Origin: Ylistrum balloti
Lineage: Eukaryota
Assembly (NCBI RefSeq): GCF_031769215.1
Contig: NW_026782462.1
Coordinates: 1,116,001 to 1,180,000, forward strand
Reading direction: 5' to 3'
DNA length: 64,000 bases
The notes below the pieces were generated by a model. It was not told where the DNA came from, ran no database searches, and saw only the letters and a program-made list of their open reading frames with translations. Positions 39,095 to 53,110 of this stretch are shown in pieces; the stretch's first letter is position 1, and each line of letters opens with the position of its first letter. Position numbers and translations under genes: made by a program.

Positions 39095-39348
39095 TTTGTC
39101 CTTCTAGGACTTGTCAGTGATGTTACATCATACAGCTGTCTAGTCCTTCTAGGACTTGTCAGTGATGTTACATCATACAGCTGTATAGTAATTCTAGGAC
39201 TTGTCAGTATTGTTACATTATACAGATCTATAGTCATTCTAGGAATTGCCAGTGATGTTACATCATACAGCTGTTTTGTCCTTTTTAGGACATGTCAGTG
39301 ATGTTACATCATACAGTTGTTTCGTCCTTCTAGACTTCGTTAGTGAAG
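39036..39348 (-). repeat. 45-bp tandem array of hammerhead motifs (7 units)
   Basis: Units start at 39036, 39081, 39126, 39171, 39216, 39261 and 39307. Minus-strand consensus: CATCA CTGAC(G/A)A GTCC TAGAA GGAC (G/A)AAA CA(G/A)CTG TA TGATG TAA. Confidence 0.95.
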
Positions 39349-40837
39349 TTAAGGGTTTCGTAAATTTCGTAATGTTCACCTACCTGGTGGAAGAACGTCA
39401 CAAGCCTAAAGAGTTGAGAAAGTGATACCTGTAAATTTAATAATTGTTATGAATGTATACATTCTAATAATATTGTATATTCTGGTACCACCATGTGTAT
39501 GTTTATCGTGTGCAAATAAAGATTATATATGGTCGTCTAACTTCCAATTCACGATATAGTTAGTGAAAAGTTACATGTACACCGACTTGTGAACGCCTTT
39601 CCGGGTTTCTACCTGCTTAAGAACGTCACGTTTACATACCGAACGTCTGATATACAGTGAAACATATTGAAATATTTATATGCAATGGCTGACTATATTG
39701 TAGTATAACATCGCTCCACTGCGTACGATATCAAAATTTATGTCTTGAATTTGAGTTTGGATCATGATTATGTTGACGTATTGGCATTTTCTTGTTGGTT
39801 TTTGCTTAAGGTTATGTCGCACATCTGCCACCAACGGTCACTTGTTCGGCGTCTATATTTGGGAAACACAGTGGAGCATTATGTTCTTAGGTGTGTAGAC
39901 ATTAAAATATTGTATATAATAATTTTTTGTCATCCTCTGTCTGTGTCGACTGGAGCTGAGGTAGATACAAGCTACATTAACAACTGTGTAAAACGGTATC
40001 TTATATATGTTCATATATTGATTATTATAGGACCATTGCAGTCGCCTGCCTTATCAAACCCGGTCGTATGCCAGAGCAGCACTATTACAGTATATACGCA
40101 ATGTTATTTTAGAATATAACCGTTGTGTATGTTTGATCAGCCTGGCTATTGTCTCCTGCTAGAGTAAAATTGGCACATTCACTCCATAATATGCTCGCTA
40201 GGAGCCTGACCATTCCATGCTCCGGTACATATATTGGTTTCAGCGTACCTCGGCGTTGTATTTATGGTACACATACACGCTCCGTCTACATCATTGTCGG
40301 TATGAAATTGTGTCATTATTTTTACCTAATGTCCAAGTTTACCTTAATGTACGACTTGATGAAGTGAATTCGGAATGGAATGCATCCATGCAGAAATACA
40401 AATATGTTTTGTTACAAATAAATATCGCAGCTTAATGCTTGCAATTGGGTGTAAACATAGCTTTTAAAGTGGGAATGGCCGTTTATTGTCCATCCTCACA
40501 AAACAATTTGTCTCCATTTGCGTTGAGGTAGATGTAGATGTAAACTTTGAGTAAATATCATTTGCCGCGATGTACTCCGAATGAAACATTAAGCGATATG
40601 TTGATAGTTATAATATTGTACACTTCATGACGTCATTTTGAAGCTCTATCGTTGATTAGAAAATAACCCCAAAGAACAATTCAGCATTTACATTTCACAT
40701 TAGTGTACAAAGAACAGAATTTGCCTCACTAGAAATATATCTATGAATCCCCTGAGTTTACCATCGATCTTCTATGTATGCTTGTAAAAGTAATCTTTTC
40801 TGTCTCAATCTCGCCTTGTTTATTCTTTGTTGGTAAC

Positions 40838-41228
40838 CTCTGTTGTTAGCAGTAAATATTTACAGTCCAGGTCACGATTTATCTACCCTGTGTTGTTTAC
40901 AGTAAACATTTACAGTCTTGGCGACGACTTATCTATCCTCTGTTGTTAACAGTAAACTTTTACAGTCTAGGTCACGACTTATCTACCCTCTGTTGTTTAC
41001 AGTAAACATTTACAGTCTAGGTCACGACTTATCTACCCTCTGCTGTTAACAGTAAATATTTACAGTCTAAGTCACGACTTATCTACCCTCTGCTGTTAAC
41101 AGTAAATATTTACAGTCTAGGTCACGACTTGTCTACCCTCTGTTGTTAACAGTAAATATTTACAGTCTAAGTCACGACTTTTCTACCCTCTGTTGTTAAC
41201 AGTAAATATTTACAGTCAAAATCACGAC
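40838..41228. repeat. 50-bp minisatellite array (about 7.6 copies)
   Basis: Unit CTCTGTTGTTAACAGTAAATATTTACAGTCTAGGTCACGACTTATCTACC. Confidence 0.95.
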
Positions 41229-44200
41229 GTAACTTGACTCCCTTCCGAATATTTGCAAAATTCGTGTCAGACAATTTTAGAACGAAATTTTCCCTAAAGC
41301 ATTGTTTATCACTGATCAGTAAGTTGAAACCATTGCATGATAATATGAACTGTGAATATTGGATGAATGTTGGGGTCATCAGTCATTTTTGTATTATACA
41401 ACCACGTTTCCTTTAATCGGGAGAGAGACAGATTCGCGATTTATGAAAACAGCAGCATTAATGAGTTACTTGATGTTGACGACTCTGAAGTATCATCAGC
41501 CCCGATACACACACGACGAGATTGAATGAGGTGCCGGTAATCTGATAAGGCACGGTTATTTCCTATTGCCGATATGGGTTAACATTCGATTATAATACGT
41601 TTCATTTCGGATGTATTAATTGAAATAGGTTTTACTGCAGAGAAAGGCAATGAACTGCAGCTACGACCATCAATAAAACTTACACGTAATAAAACTTACC
41701 TGCAATAACGGCTGATTATGTAAATATCCCTATCTGTTTGGATTATTTAATTTATTCAAGGATTGACCAATTAGGTTTCACCTCGTGATGAGTAACATGG
41801 AATGTGCATACAGCACGTGCAGTATAATAATCTAAGCGATATATATGGCTTGAGATAACCTAGCAATGACTTTCTTATCGCTGCGCTTGATCACTAAGCC
41901 CCTACCGACCAAGTTACACACGGCAATCAAAAGACACATTTTCCTCATTAATTTGTGGCCAAGGGCGAACTGTTATATTCATATTCACGCTCGTTATTTG
42001 ACACAATTACAATGTACGGTGATATCTCCTTCCGGTCATTTGATTTATTCCAGGACAAGTAAACAATATTATTTCAACTAAGAGCTATACACTGTTGCTA
42101 TGAAGCCACCAGCGCGATACCCAATGGCTGTACATGTTCTTTATGCGTTCGGTTCGCTGAGTTTTGACGGTGTGTTTTATCTGAGGTAGTGATTCTGCAC
42201 GGCGGAAGGCGAGTGGACATGATTAGTTTTTTTTAATGTTATGAATGAAGGCGAGGGGAACTATTGGATTGTTGATGAATCATCTGAATTTTACCGATCA
42301 GGTAGAAATCTGTTCATGACACATACCATAAAGGGTCATTCATTGTCATGACTCAAAGTTTACAGCAGTGGGCTTAAATCAGAATATGAGTAATATGGAA
42401 AAGTTCCGTAGTAGCTGTGTTTTACTGTTGTTATATGTTACAAGATACAGAATTAAACAGTATTTAAGTGATTTTGACAAGGTGTTATAAAGGTATTTGT
42501 ATTCTTATATTTCGACACGGTTTTTCTGATAATTTGGGAGAACATAACTTTATGGTCAATTGTAGAAGTCAATCACAAAGGTTGTTTCTATGGTAATTCA
42601 ACAACAAACAATGTTTAAAATACAGTTTTATATGTTTAGTTCCACATGGAAACGTGAGTGCATTACAGTAGGCAATGAAACATAATGCACTTATCATTCC
42701 GGAATGCCTGGTGTTATCATCATTGTACAGTATATAACATTGATATCATTGTGTTAGTTTATCACTGTTTGTAAAAAATAAAGTAAGTATGTATATAATA
42801 ATACTATGTCAATTACTAATGTCAAAGACCTAGCCACTCTCCAGCAATTTATCTGAGATAATAATATCTAGATTAAGTTATCTGACCACGTGTGGGCATG
42901 ATACAAAGTTTATTTACTAAAATATTCGATATTTAAGTTGTAATCCAAGCTGTCTGGTGTTATCTCCCTTTGTCAATGGATAAGTAAACATTTTATTGAC
43001 ATTGAATACTATTTAATTACGGATAATTAGCGGAAATCAATATTTCCAGAATATAATTCTAATCATTTAAAATTTATCAGCATTATGTGATTAACATATG
43101 TTGCAATATGTATATTAATAATGAATTAAGATGGTACAGATAACAAATATGCTCTATTTTTAAAAAGGCTAAGTTTTGGGACTGATTTAAATGGGCATTG
43201 AAACCAGTGTGATAACAGAGATATCAGTAATAGTGTGCACACTTTTCAACAAGATTGATTGTTTTAAAAAGGAGGAAAAATATAGAAAAAAAGATATTTT
43301 GTTAAAACACAAGTAACAGATAATAGATATGTTTACCTTTTCATTATCTTCAACAAAACACGGTGGTTTAGACATTTTCGATACAGTAATATATAAACAC
43401 TTATCAAGGTAAGCTTGTAATAATTGGATCGCTGTGTGTTTTACCGTATGATGGTCCTAATGACCTTTTAGGTGTTGACGGGCCGTTAAGAATGTAATGA
43501 TAATAATAAAGCTAGTAGTAATAATTGTATCTATGTTACAGTAATATCTTATTTAATACCATAGCTATCATATAGGAATTGATCTGAGAACAGCTTGACT
43601 AAATTAGATCATTTGACCTATTGAGGACAGTGTTCAAGTTTTACCTTTCGAAATATATGTTATACAAATATCTAATCCAAGCTGTCTATAATTACCTCCC
43701 TTAGTACAAAAAACTTAATTTTATTGTATACTAGTAGATTATTGATAAAGAGTTTAGTTTCATCCTAACCAATATTACTAGAATGTAGCATTAAGCACTT
43801 TAAAGGATATTGATACATTTCTGCGTGTATGTTTCAAGATAGTTTTTGGTATTAGAACATACTTCAGCAAGTATACAAATATACTGGTACCCTCATGTCT
43901 GAAAAAACACCGGTACTAGGGCCTGGTTTTTATGGGCATTGCAGTCGGCATGGTAGGAGAGAAATGATGATTTGGAATATTTTTCCATTCTACCAGTCGA
44001 AAAAAATATGTTTTGACATTTTGCAAATACAAGCATTGGCTTAAACGCAGCTAACAGGCTTTAAGAGTATTTAATGAAAAACGGGAATAGATATAGTTTT
44101 AAATAGAGTAATATATTAATACTTCTTACCTGTTTATTTGTAGAAATGATTATAATTATGAATAATTTTGTATCAGGCATATCATCCGCAGATTATGGGA

Positions 44201-47200
44201 TCCGATTGGCAAATTTTACAGATGTGTTCTCAAAAGACATACTTTCTGTTAAACAAGATAAAATTGTTTTGCATCATGTTTTTATTAATTATGTAACTGG
44301 TTTATCTTTTCATGTGATGGCTATAGTAGGCTACATGTATACTAAAACTAGTGTGACGTCATAAATGCATCACCTATAAGTAAGAACTTTCGCTTTACTT
44401 TCGGAGGTATCTAATAAATGTTATCTTACATTCCTGTCCATGTAACATGAAAGTCGTCAGACTCGTCAAATAAATTAGGTTGTTATCTACCTAGTTATTT
44501 AACGAGTTTGAAAAGTTTCATATTACAGACACAATCATACAAGATTTTCTATGTTTGAAATATCTTCACATTCATCTACCATATAACTACATTAATTTGA
44601 AATGTACCAAAGTCTGCTGTAAGTAATATGTTTTATGGAAATTTAACGTTATATTAATTTTAATTTTGGACACACATTCCAGAGCACGTAAATTACTAAT
44701 TTCCGGTCTTTTAGTTATTGTCATTATTTGGATTGACTTTGATATTGAAAGCGAAACGAAAATTGATCAATTACAGCTTTGGTACCATTTAATCTATACA
44801 TACAAGAGTCATAGTAACGACACAATCTAAGGCTGTATGGCCGTTGATAACTGTTCATATCGCGGCCACACACAGACAGATTTATCGTTCTATCCAGCTA
44901 AGAGACTAAAATGTTTTCAATGTTTTGGATTGAATGTTAGCACGTAAAACCAGGCGGATTCAATCCTATTCTCCTTTAACCCGGAAAATAACCCGGACAG
45001 ACTGTTAATGTGGTTACTTTATGAACATTTACATGTCTGTCTTGTGTCTGAGCGGTAGTAAGCTAGTCATTAGCCGTAGGAGAATACAGACTGAACCGTA
45101 CCTTTCCTCATTATGGTGAAGTTAACGCACCGAATAAGTATTAACCCTTAGTGTACACTTCTCGGCTACACAACTATTAACTAGTCACATACGTGTTTAC
45201 TACCATGTGTAAAACTGGGATCAAAATATTTGAACCGTGATTAACAACCGAAACAAATTAATAAACAAATGGCAATCTGAAAGGACGTTGATTTTACTTT
45301 TTAAACGATTTTTTTAAACTAAAATGGTATACCCTGGGAAGAGAGTCCCAGACTGTGACATTATAACATTTTCTATCGGTTTACCGTGCTGCTAATAACA
45401 CTATACATTTGCCGTCATTAATGAAATTTGCGATTATACCTCTGGTTATGATAGTACAGACTAAAATGTACACCTCTAAAACAAAATGTACCAAACACAA
45501 ACAGCAAGCATTGAGAGCCAGAAACATGTCGTTTGTGATGTAGCGGCGCTTGGCATTATTATCTGTTACGAAAGAAGGTCGACGTGCTTGATTGAAAAAG
45601 AGAACATTGAAGTGGTTTAATTAAACAGACGAATCAGCGATAAACATCTTCTTACAATCATGTAATAGGATGTAACATCTTCATAATTAAAAGATGTTAT
45701 CGTCACGACTCACACATCGTAGGTCTGAGGAGACAGAATTCTGTCATTTTTACCATTTAACAGAGAAGTAAAGATCACATGCGGAGAAAGGAAACACATC
45801 AGATATGTATGGAATCTGATGTGATAATCATTTCACATTCATCATTAGTCTTTATCGTGTATAGGTGGTTAATGAACCACTTGTACAACACAAGTGTGAA
45901 CTAAGCGCATACATTTTCTGTTAAAGCAGTCGTTATCTGTGTATTTGGCAATAAATTGTGTTAGAATATGATAGAAATAGTAAACCTATCCTGGTTATAT
46001 TTTCAAATGGTCGGATTGCTAACTCATATAACCACCAGTAACCTTAGTAAAATGGCGAAAGATTGAAATATATTTATGCTACATTTTGCCTTTCACTCTT
46101 ACGACGTCATCCGGGTTTTTTTTTATAGTTTTGAAACATTGTGTAAACTTAACTTTTTAATGACTTTTATTGTTGAAATGATATTACAGTTTAGTTTTTT
46201 ATAATGTCGATGCATTACTCCTCGTACTTTTTTATGTTCACTCTAATTCATTACATATCTTACTACTTTGTTTTGGCCATGTCGATATTTCCTTTACAAA
46301 TCTTTTGATATCACTAGGTCTTGATAATTTGGATATATTCAAGGTACAAATTAAGTAGATCCTGTGAAATCTTTATTTCCTTAATTCCATTCAGTTAATA
46401 CCGGTGTTATTTTTTTAATATTAAATTAAAAACATAACTAAAAGTGGTTTGCGCATTCTGTAACATGTTACCTAACTCGCCATGGAACGTGTGATAGAAC
46501 AGTAGAATATGATAGTCTCACCTTAAACATTGAATATTTGAATTCAGCAGAAATGTGCAACATCTTGGTTCGTTTGTCTTTGTCAGAAATGTCGTTATTA
46601 TTCCGATAAAACAAGAAAAGAATTAGTTGTTACAAGTCTTATTCATAATAACACTTGCTGGTCTATCTCAGCGGAGATGGTAACCTTTATGATGCAGCCA
46701 TCCCTATATCTGAGAAGAAACAGATCTCCATCACCTATAATGAAAAGTAACATAATAGATATATTTGTTTATAATTTCGTTTGTATTTAATTGCATTTTA
46801 AAAAATATCCCTTGTAGAGTTGTTCAAAGTTTGTATCAATGTACACAGTGGGTTGTTTCCTTCTACGTCATACTCCTGTTAAAAAAACATACTTATGGCG
46901 TATGGTTGGCAGACATGGGCAACCAGATGGTAACCAGGAACTTTACTTTATGACCACTTCAGCGTCATTAACATTTTAGCGCGTGCTTATGAATTAAAAT
47001 TCCATTGGAAAATGAATCATTTCTATACAAAAAATAGTATATAAGTAGAGAAAATATTTTTCTGTGAGGAAACATATTAAGATAGATTGACGGAAAAAGA
47101 GCTAGAATAAATATGATATATCTTAAAGAGATTTTAATAGGCAGAAATAAACAATTTCTATTAAAACTGACAAGTATATCTAAAAAGGGACGTCCATCAG

Positions 47201-50200
47201 TAAGCATGCGTAATGGAGGAATATATAGGGGATATATGAGATATAACATTGATTATTAATCGATACATACATAAAGTAAATAAACACCCTGCATTTTATT
47301 TATTGACAAACGATTTAAATTGAGAAAATCAGCGTTAGTTTTATATCATTTGAAGCTGAGATACTCGACAAATATGTGTATTGTTGAAGTAAATAGAGAT
47401 AATGAAGTGGAGGACATATTTATCAATGACCCCTAAACGAACTCCAAATGAAATTGTTCTGCCCATTTACATTTGTTCTGAGAATATAAGAGACAAATTT
47501 GTCGAATCTCATTGGGTTGTTGGCTAGTTGTATATAGAAGCTGGTCAGGGGAATGTCACAACGAAGCTTGTGGTCAATGTATTGACCAGATCACCTCACA
47601 AGATATGTCTTTGTGAACCTAAATGTACCCAGAGAATAACGATGGCTAAGTCAATAAGCGGATAGCTGGCTGGAATGTTCTAATACAGCCAGAATATCAC
47701 ATGATTTGGGAATTTTCAGTGATAGACTGTCAGAAGCAGTCATGAACATATAAGTTGGAATTGTTTTGATTATGACGATCAGATATAACCTTTCCCCGAC
47801 CTCATCGTCAGAAACAATATTGTTAACTTTCTAATACTATTATCATAAGAGAGATTATTCCAAAGGGCCCTCAACACTTTCGGCGATAGCAATTCCAAAG
47901 TTTACCATGATTGGTGATTCTACTTCAGTACATAATTTAATAATATTGGTGTATTAACGATAACAAATTCACAATTACAAAATTCCAATGCAATTCGTAA
48001 ATCATTAAACGCGTAGTTGTTAAGCTTACAATATAATGTTCCTGGTTAGATTATTACATACTATTGAACATATATATCTATGACTTCAAACCAACACAGA
48101 AACATACTACATTGTACCCTTAAGTCCGCTGTACTTCATGGTTAAAAATGTAAAATGATAAATGGTAAGAAATATAAAGCAATAATCTAACTTGGGTTTG
48201 GCTGTAAAACGCTTCCATATCTGTGTAATGATGGCAATTAAACGGCACAGTGAAACAGGGAGAATGGAAGATAAGAACGAGATGGAAACATCACAACCAT
48301 GATCAGTCAAAAGTCACATTTGAGAACGTGACACTATTTGCTTTTATTAGCCACGGTTTACGTGATGGAGGTTTTCGATGTAGCCTGTGCAAGTCTTTCT
48401 TTTGCCCTAGTTTTATTGAAATAAATTTGAGTTTAGATATTAGAATATGTTAAGAAGTTGGTATTTTTGTTACATAGCTAAGAGTTACTATACAATATTG
48501 CTAAAACACATATACTGTGAAATTTCGTGTTTTTTCCTGGACATTATTGTAGCTAAACCTTGCTCGTGTCATCATGAAAGTCACTTGTACAACTTTAACT
48601 CGTTTATGAACAGACATAATTCTGTGGATTAAGACTACCCACGATATCACCGAACAAAGTTCCTCCACGAACAATATTGATTTTGTAATTCAGATTAACC
48701 AACAACAAAAGATGGCGCTCAATAACTTTGAACAGTCCATTTCCCATCATATCACATTCGATTTAGTACAACATTTATTCTCTACAAGTGAAAACGTGGT
48801 TTAGGTTTTCAAAACGTTTTCTTTTCAGTTTGATTAGAAAACAGCTTTTCACAACACTGCATCACAACTTCTGATACCGATCTTCTTTTTTAACCTTTCA
48901 CCGTTTCCGGCTTCTTGACTGGTAGATTTATTGTGGTGTTTCCTCGTAATAATATTACCTTCTCTTGTACAACATTATTTGTTCTAACTAGTTTCCAAGT
49001 CACCTAACAAATTGATCTGGTTTGTGATTCTTTTAAGTACATATTTGAAAATTGCACTTTTACGTTAGATTACAATCACCTCGTTGCTAGAACATGTCTG
49101 AACTGTTTCACCCTCTGGTAGCAAATATTATGTATGTTAGATGTATATCTCATTACATGTTATTGTATAGTGTGCGATATTATAACAACCCGGAACGTTC
49201 ATTGAATACAAATTGTAATGAATACAAAATTGCCTTTCTTCAAATATATGCACTCGTTTGTTTGGCATTGTAAACGTGACAGTAGGGTTTCCTTGATAGC
49301 CCAGATATTTAGGCGGTAAACACCCGTCATTTCGCTCTCCGTGTATTTGTTTTTATTTACGACAAAACAATTTTTTGTAATGAATTCGGTAAACATTTAT
49401 CGGTTTCCCTTTGTATTTGCAAGCTATTTATAGGTTCTCTGTCAGCCAAATGAATGTCGCTTTAACTAGAGGGGGAAAAGGTCAAGGTGAACGACGTAGT
49501 TTATTGGGAGCGTAGCAGACAAGTTTGATGGCTTTGTCGAAGATCCAAATAGATCGCCGGTCAGTAAAGTCACGTGTTCAAAGAGAATGTGTTAGTTGCT
49601 GTATCATGCCTTCAGATTCTTTAATGTTTTCATCGAACTTACAGTATGTTCGTCGAAGCAACAACCATGATTCGTCCGCGGGAGTACTTAAATTACTCGA
49701 TGACCAAATTAAGCTATTTTAACAACGCGGCACAGCGTCATCTAGGTAGGTTGGTCCCTATAATTCTTACCACAGTCTTCTAGGTAATCTGGTACACCGG
49801 TATGTCTAAATTGTTTACATGAGTGGGACTCCAGACTGCATGCTTTATTGCAAAAGTAGTATGTTCTTAGTGTACAGTATCTGGTTTCGTTAGTATAAAC
49901 CACCTTCTCCTTTGCTACCCTGACATAACTTGGATAGACCCAAGACCTATATGCGAGAACGTGGTCGATGAAGCAAAAGACACCGACTTTGTACGAACAC
50001 TAGATCTTGTTAATGCTGTAATAACATCTTCAGTCATGTTACACCATATAATTTAAAGGACATTTTAATCAACCTGCCTGAATGTTCTTGTTTTGTTAGA
50101 AGTATTATTATATTTTTTCTGTTCTCGCTTGAGTTTACATTTAGTTTTTACTTTGTTATTTACTAGCGCGTGTAAAAGTCGATGTACTTACGACTACCTG

Positions 50201-53110
50201 CCTAGTTACCGCCATTTCTACATTTGTATTGAGAGTAGCTAAGTGAAGGTATACCTAGCGGTTATGAGAATGTGAATATATTGGGTAGTGGTCAAGTTAT
50301 TATGAGAACATCACACGCTTGCATGGACTAGAATTCACATCGCGGGTGTCGTCGTTGAAGTTGATGAATAAAAAGACGTTTATCCTTCCGGAACTCTAAT
50401 AATCCTTGTATCTACGTGATCCTATTTTGACCATATTCTATCAATTGTTATTGTTTTTCACACCAGGGTAAGTCTTACGTATTAAGAGTTTTTTAACACA
50501 AGTGAAAGTCTTACGTAACAAGAGTTTGTTTGTTTCGAAAGTGTTTTTGAAGTATTTATAAAAAGTGTTTGTCTGATTGATGTATGGAGTATTTGGGTAG
50601 ATATCACTCTATGTGCCTTTGATGGTAACATCTTTGTAAATTTAGCGACTTTGTAGTTTTCTGAGGTAATGTAAGTATGTTTTAATGATAATGTCAATGA
50701 CAAGTGATAACGTCAGGTTGTCTCGGTGATTTCTTGTCTCTTTTTATGTTGTATGAGTATTTTTATTTTTACATTATTTAATTTTCTATTCAATTATTGT
50801 CGATATAGCTATAACATTTCCAGATAACGTGAAGCACGTACCTGCTGTATGATACATGTGTGACATTTCATCAGTCTTCTGTTTACAATTTTAAAAACTC
50901 GTCCCTCTGATTTCACTCACCGGCTTTCAGACTGCCTCCATAGCAATTTCATGGAGAATACTTACACCATGCATGTTACATAATTATGTCACTTGAGTAT
51001 TAAATTCAGAATCATATTATTGATCGCTTTTCTCCTTTGCCATGAAATGTTCAAAAACAATCCCCATTATTAAATTGAAAATTGGTTATGTTCGACAATT
51101 GGAAACGAGCATGAATCCATCACACCAGACATGGTATGAGATCTACATGTAAACTACGACTAGGCATCTTTAGCTGTATACTAGGTATGTTTAGGAATCG
51201 TCTCCGTTTTTTCTAGTGGTAATTTAACCTTTCCCAGAATTGTTGATCATTCCTTGGTATTTTGGTTACCGCCTTAATTATTCTTTCTAAACATACGAGT
51301 ATCCGAAAGCACTCTACGTCATACACATTACTCATGGTAGACAATGCCAAGTTATGTAGAATTTGTGCCATGCAATGCACTCTGCAATCCTATATAACAG
51401 AATGTGCAAACCAAATTATACTGCAAGACTAACCTTGCCTTTCTCATAAATAACTTTCTTGTTGCTTGCTATTTTTAAGCATTCAATCCGATTTTAATGT
51501 TCTCGCCGACAGTGTAGCTATTTTAACGAAAGCCAAAGTTTACTTAGTTGAAATCTTCTGTCCTATGCAAGCAGAAAGGTGATAATGAGACCAATCAATG
51601 ACAGCTAATCAAAACTGCAATTGTAAGTAAGTTTAAACAAAAACAAGGGGATATCTTTAGAATGCATGATGACATTGTGTGGTATCATTTAGCATTATAA
51701 GGCCTCATACCAGACTGTTCTATACGACTCTCCAGCACCCGTCGAGACTTCCTCTAATATAAGAAAACCTCACTGCAATCCTATTTAGAAATAGCGTGTT
51801 AGTTTTGACCCGGTGTTATTACGTGCGACCATGACTATGTAACACAGCTATATTCTCAGACTTCAAGACGGACTCTAGTGGACGCAGAGCGATTTTGAAT
51901 TCATATCGACTGGAACAGACCGATTTAGTATACAGCTATCGTACTGCCTGTGTTCTAGTAACACTTCGGTCTTCCTGACTATAGGATCCCTACATCCGCC
52001 ATGCCATGTGCTTCTGTAGATCGTCGACAGTGTACATAAAAACTGAAATAATACTCGGATTCTGGGTATCACATTGTCACCATCAGTGACGAAATACTAT
52101 GTACCGCAATGTAATCTACATCAACACAATTCTCGTTAAGTGGATGTTTCTACACATGGTATCGAAGTGACGGGAAGGACACTACCTCTTATCCTATCGA
52201 TGTGAGTATAACAAAGATCGAATATCGTAGATATTCCTGCCTTTTAACATTTTTCATGTTGTTCTGTTGGAAGCAAATCATGAATGGTTTGTGTACTTAA
52301 TGCCTGTATGCATGTCTATTCTATAGTGGTCTTCTCCTGCCTGTGTAATGTTTCATAGCATTCCCGGTGCAGAAAGATGTTGGCTTATGTACATCGGTTT
52401 GACGCCTTATACTGCAGAGATGACGTAAATTATAAGCTCGGGTTATTCAAAACAAACTTCAAATTTTTTGAGGCTACAGTGTAATTTGTGTGCTTGAAGA
52501 GAGTTAACTTTGTAAGAGAGTATTACGAGCTTTAACATATAGGCTGTGTTAAAACAAGTATTATGTCACAATGTATTTCACATATACAAGCAATTACAAA
52601 CAAAATGTCATGGAAAATGTATGAAAATGCACAAATAATGTTTGCTGACTAATACAAAGTCTTTATTGACATATACATAAACAATTTTAACTGAGAATCT
52701 TTTTTATAAAATCCTAAAATTTCATGTGAAATGGAAAGATGTATTCTTTTTCACATAAGTAAAAGAAGTTAAATGTTGACAGAGTTTGAAGGAAAAACGT
52801 TGAGAACAGTATCAAAACGAAGAAATCATTATGTTGCACCATTTGTCCAAATCATGGCATCAAAAATATTTCTGACTGGAAACAATGAAAGCCGCTTCAG
52901 GTTATAATACGGTAGTGGCAAATTCACTGGATGAGAAGCGAATTATGTGATACTAACTTTCAAGTGTTTGTTGATGTATACAAGATATATAGAAAAGTGT
53001 TACACAAACGCAAAATATCAAGGTGATTATTTGTTTACATATACAAAGCACTTATTGATGAGACTCACAAAATAAAAAAGAAACGTTTCTTGACATATTC
53101 AGAATATTAA

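Larger units (their letters stand above)
38950..39360 (-). mobile_element. HHR-bearing retrozyme-like element, copy E, with its HHR amplified 7x
   Basis: Flanks match the family: GAAGATTGTACA and CAGATTTAG as in copy C, AACAATGAATTAAAC as in copies B and D, and TTAAGGG after the last unit. Confidence 0.8.

Noticed and set aside
45720-45756. CTGAGGA followed by the perfect hairpin GACAG-AATT-CTGTC
   Set aside because: It is followed by ATTT rather than GAAA and has no NUH site, so it is not a hammerhead.
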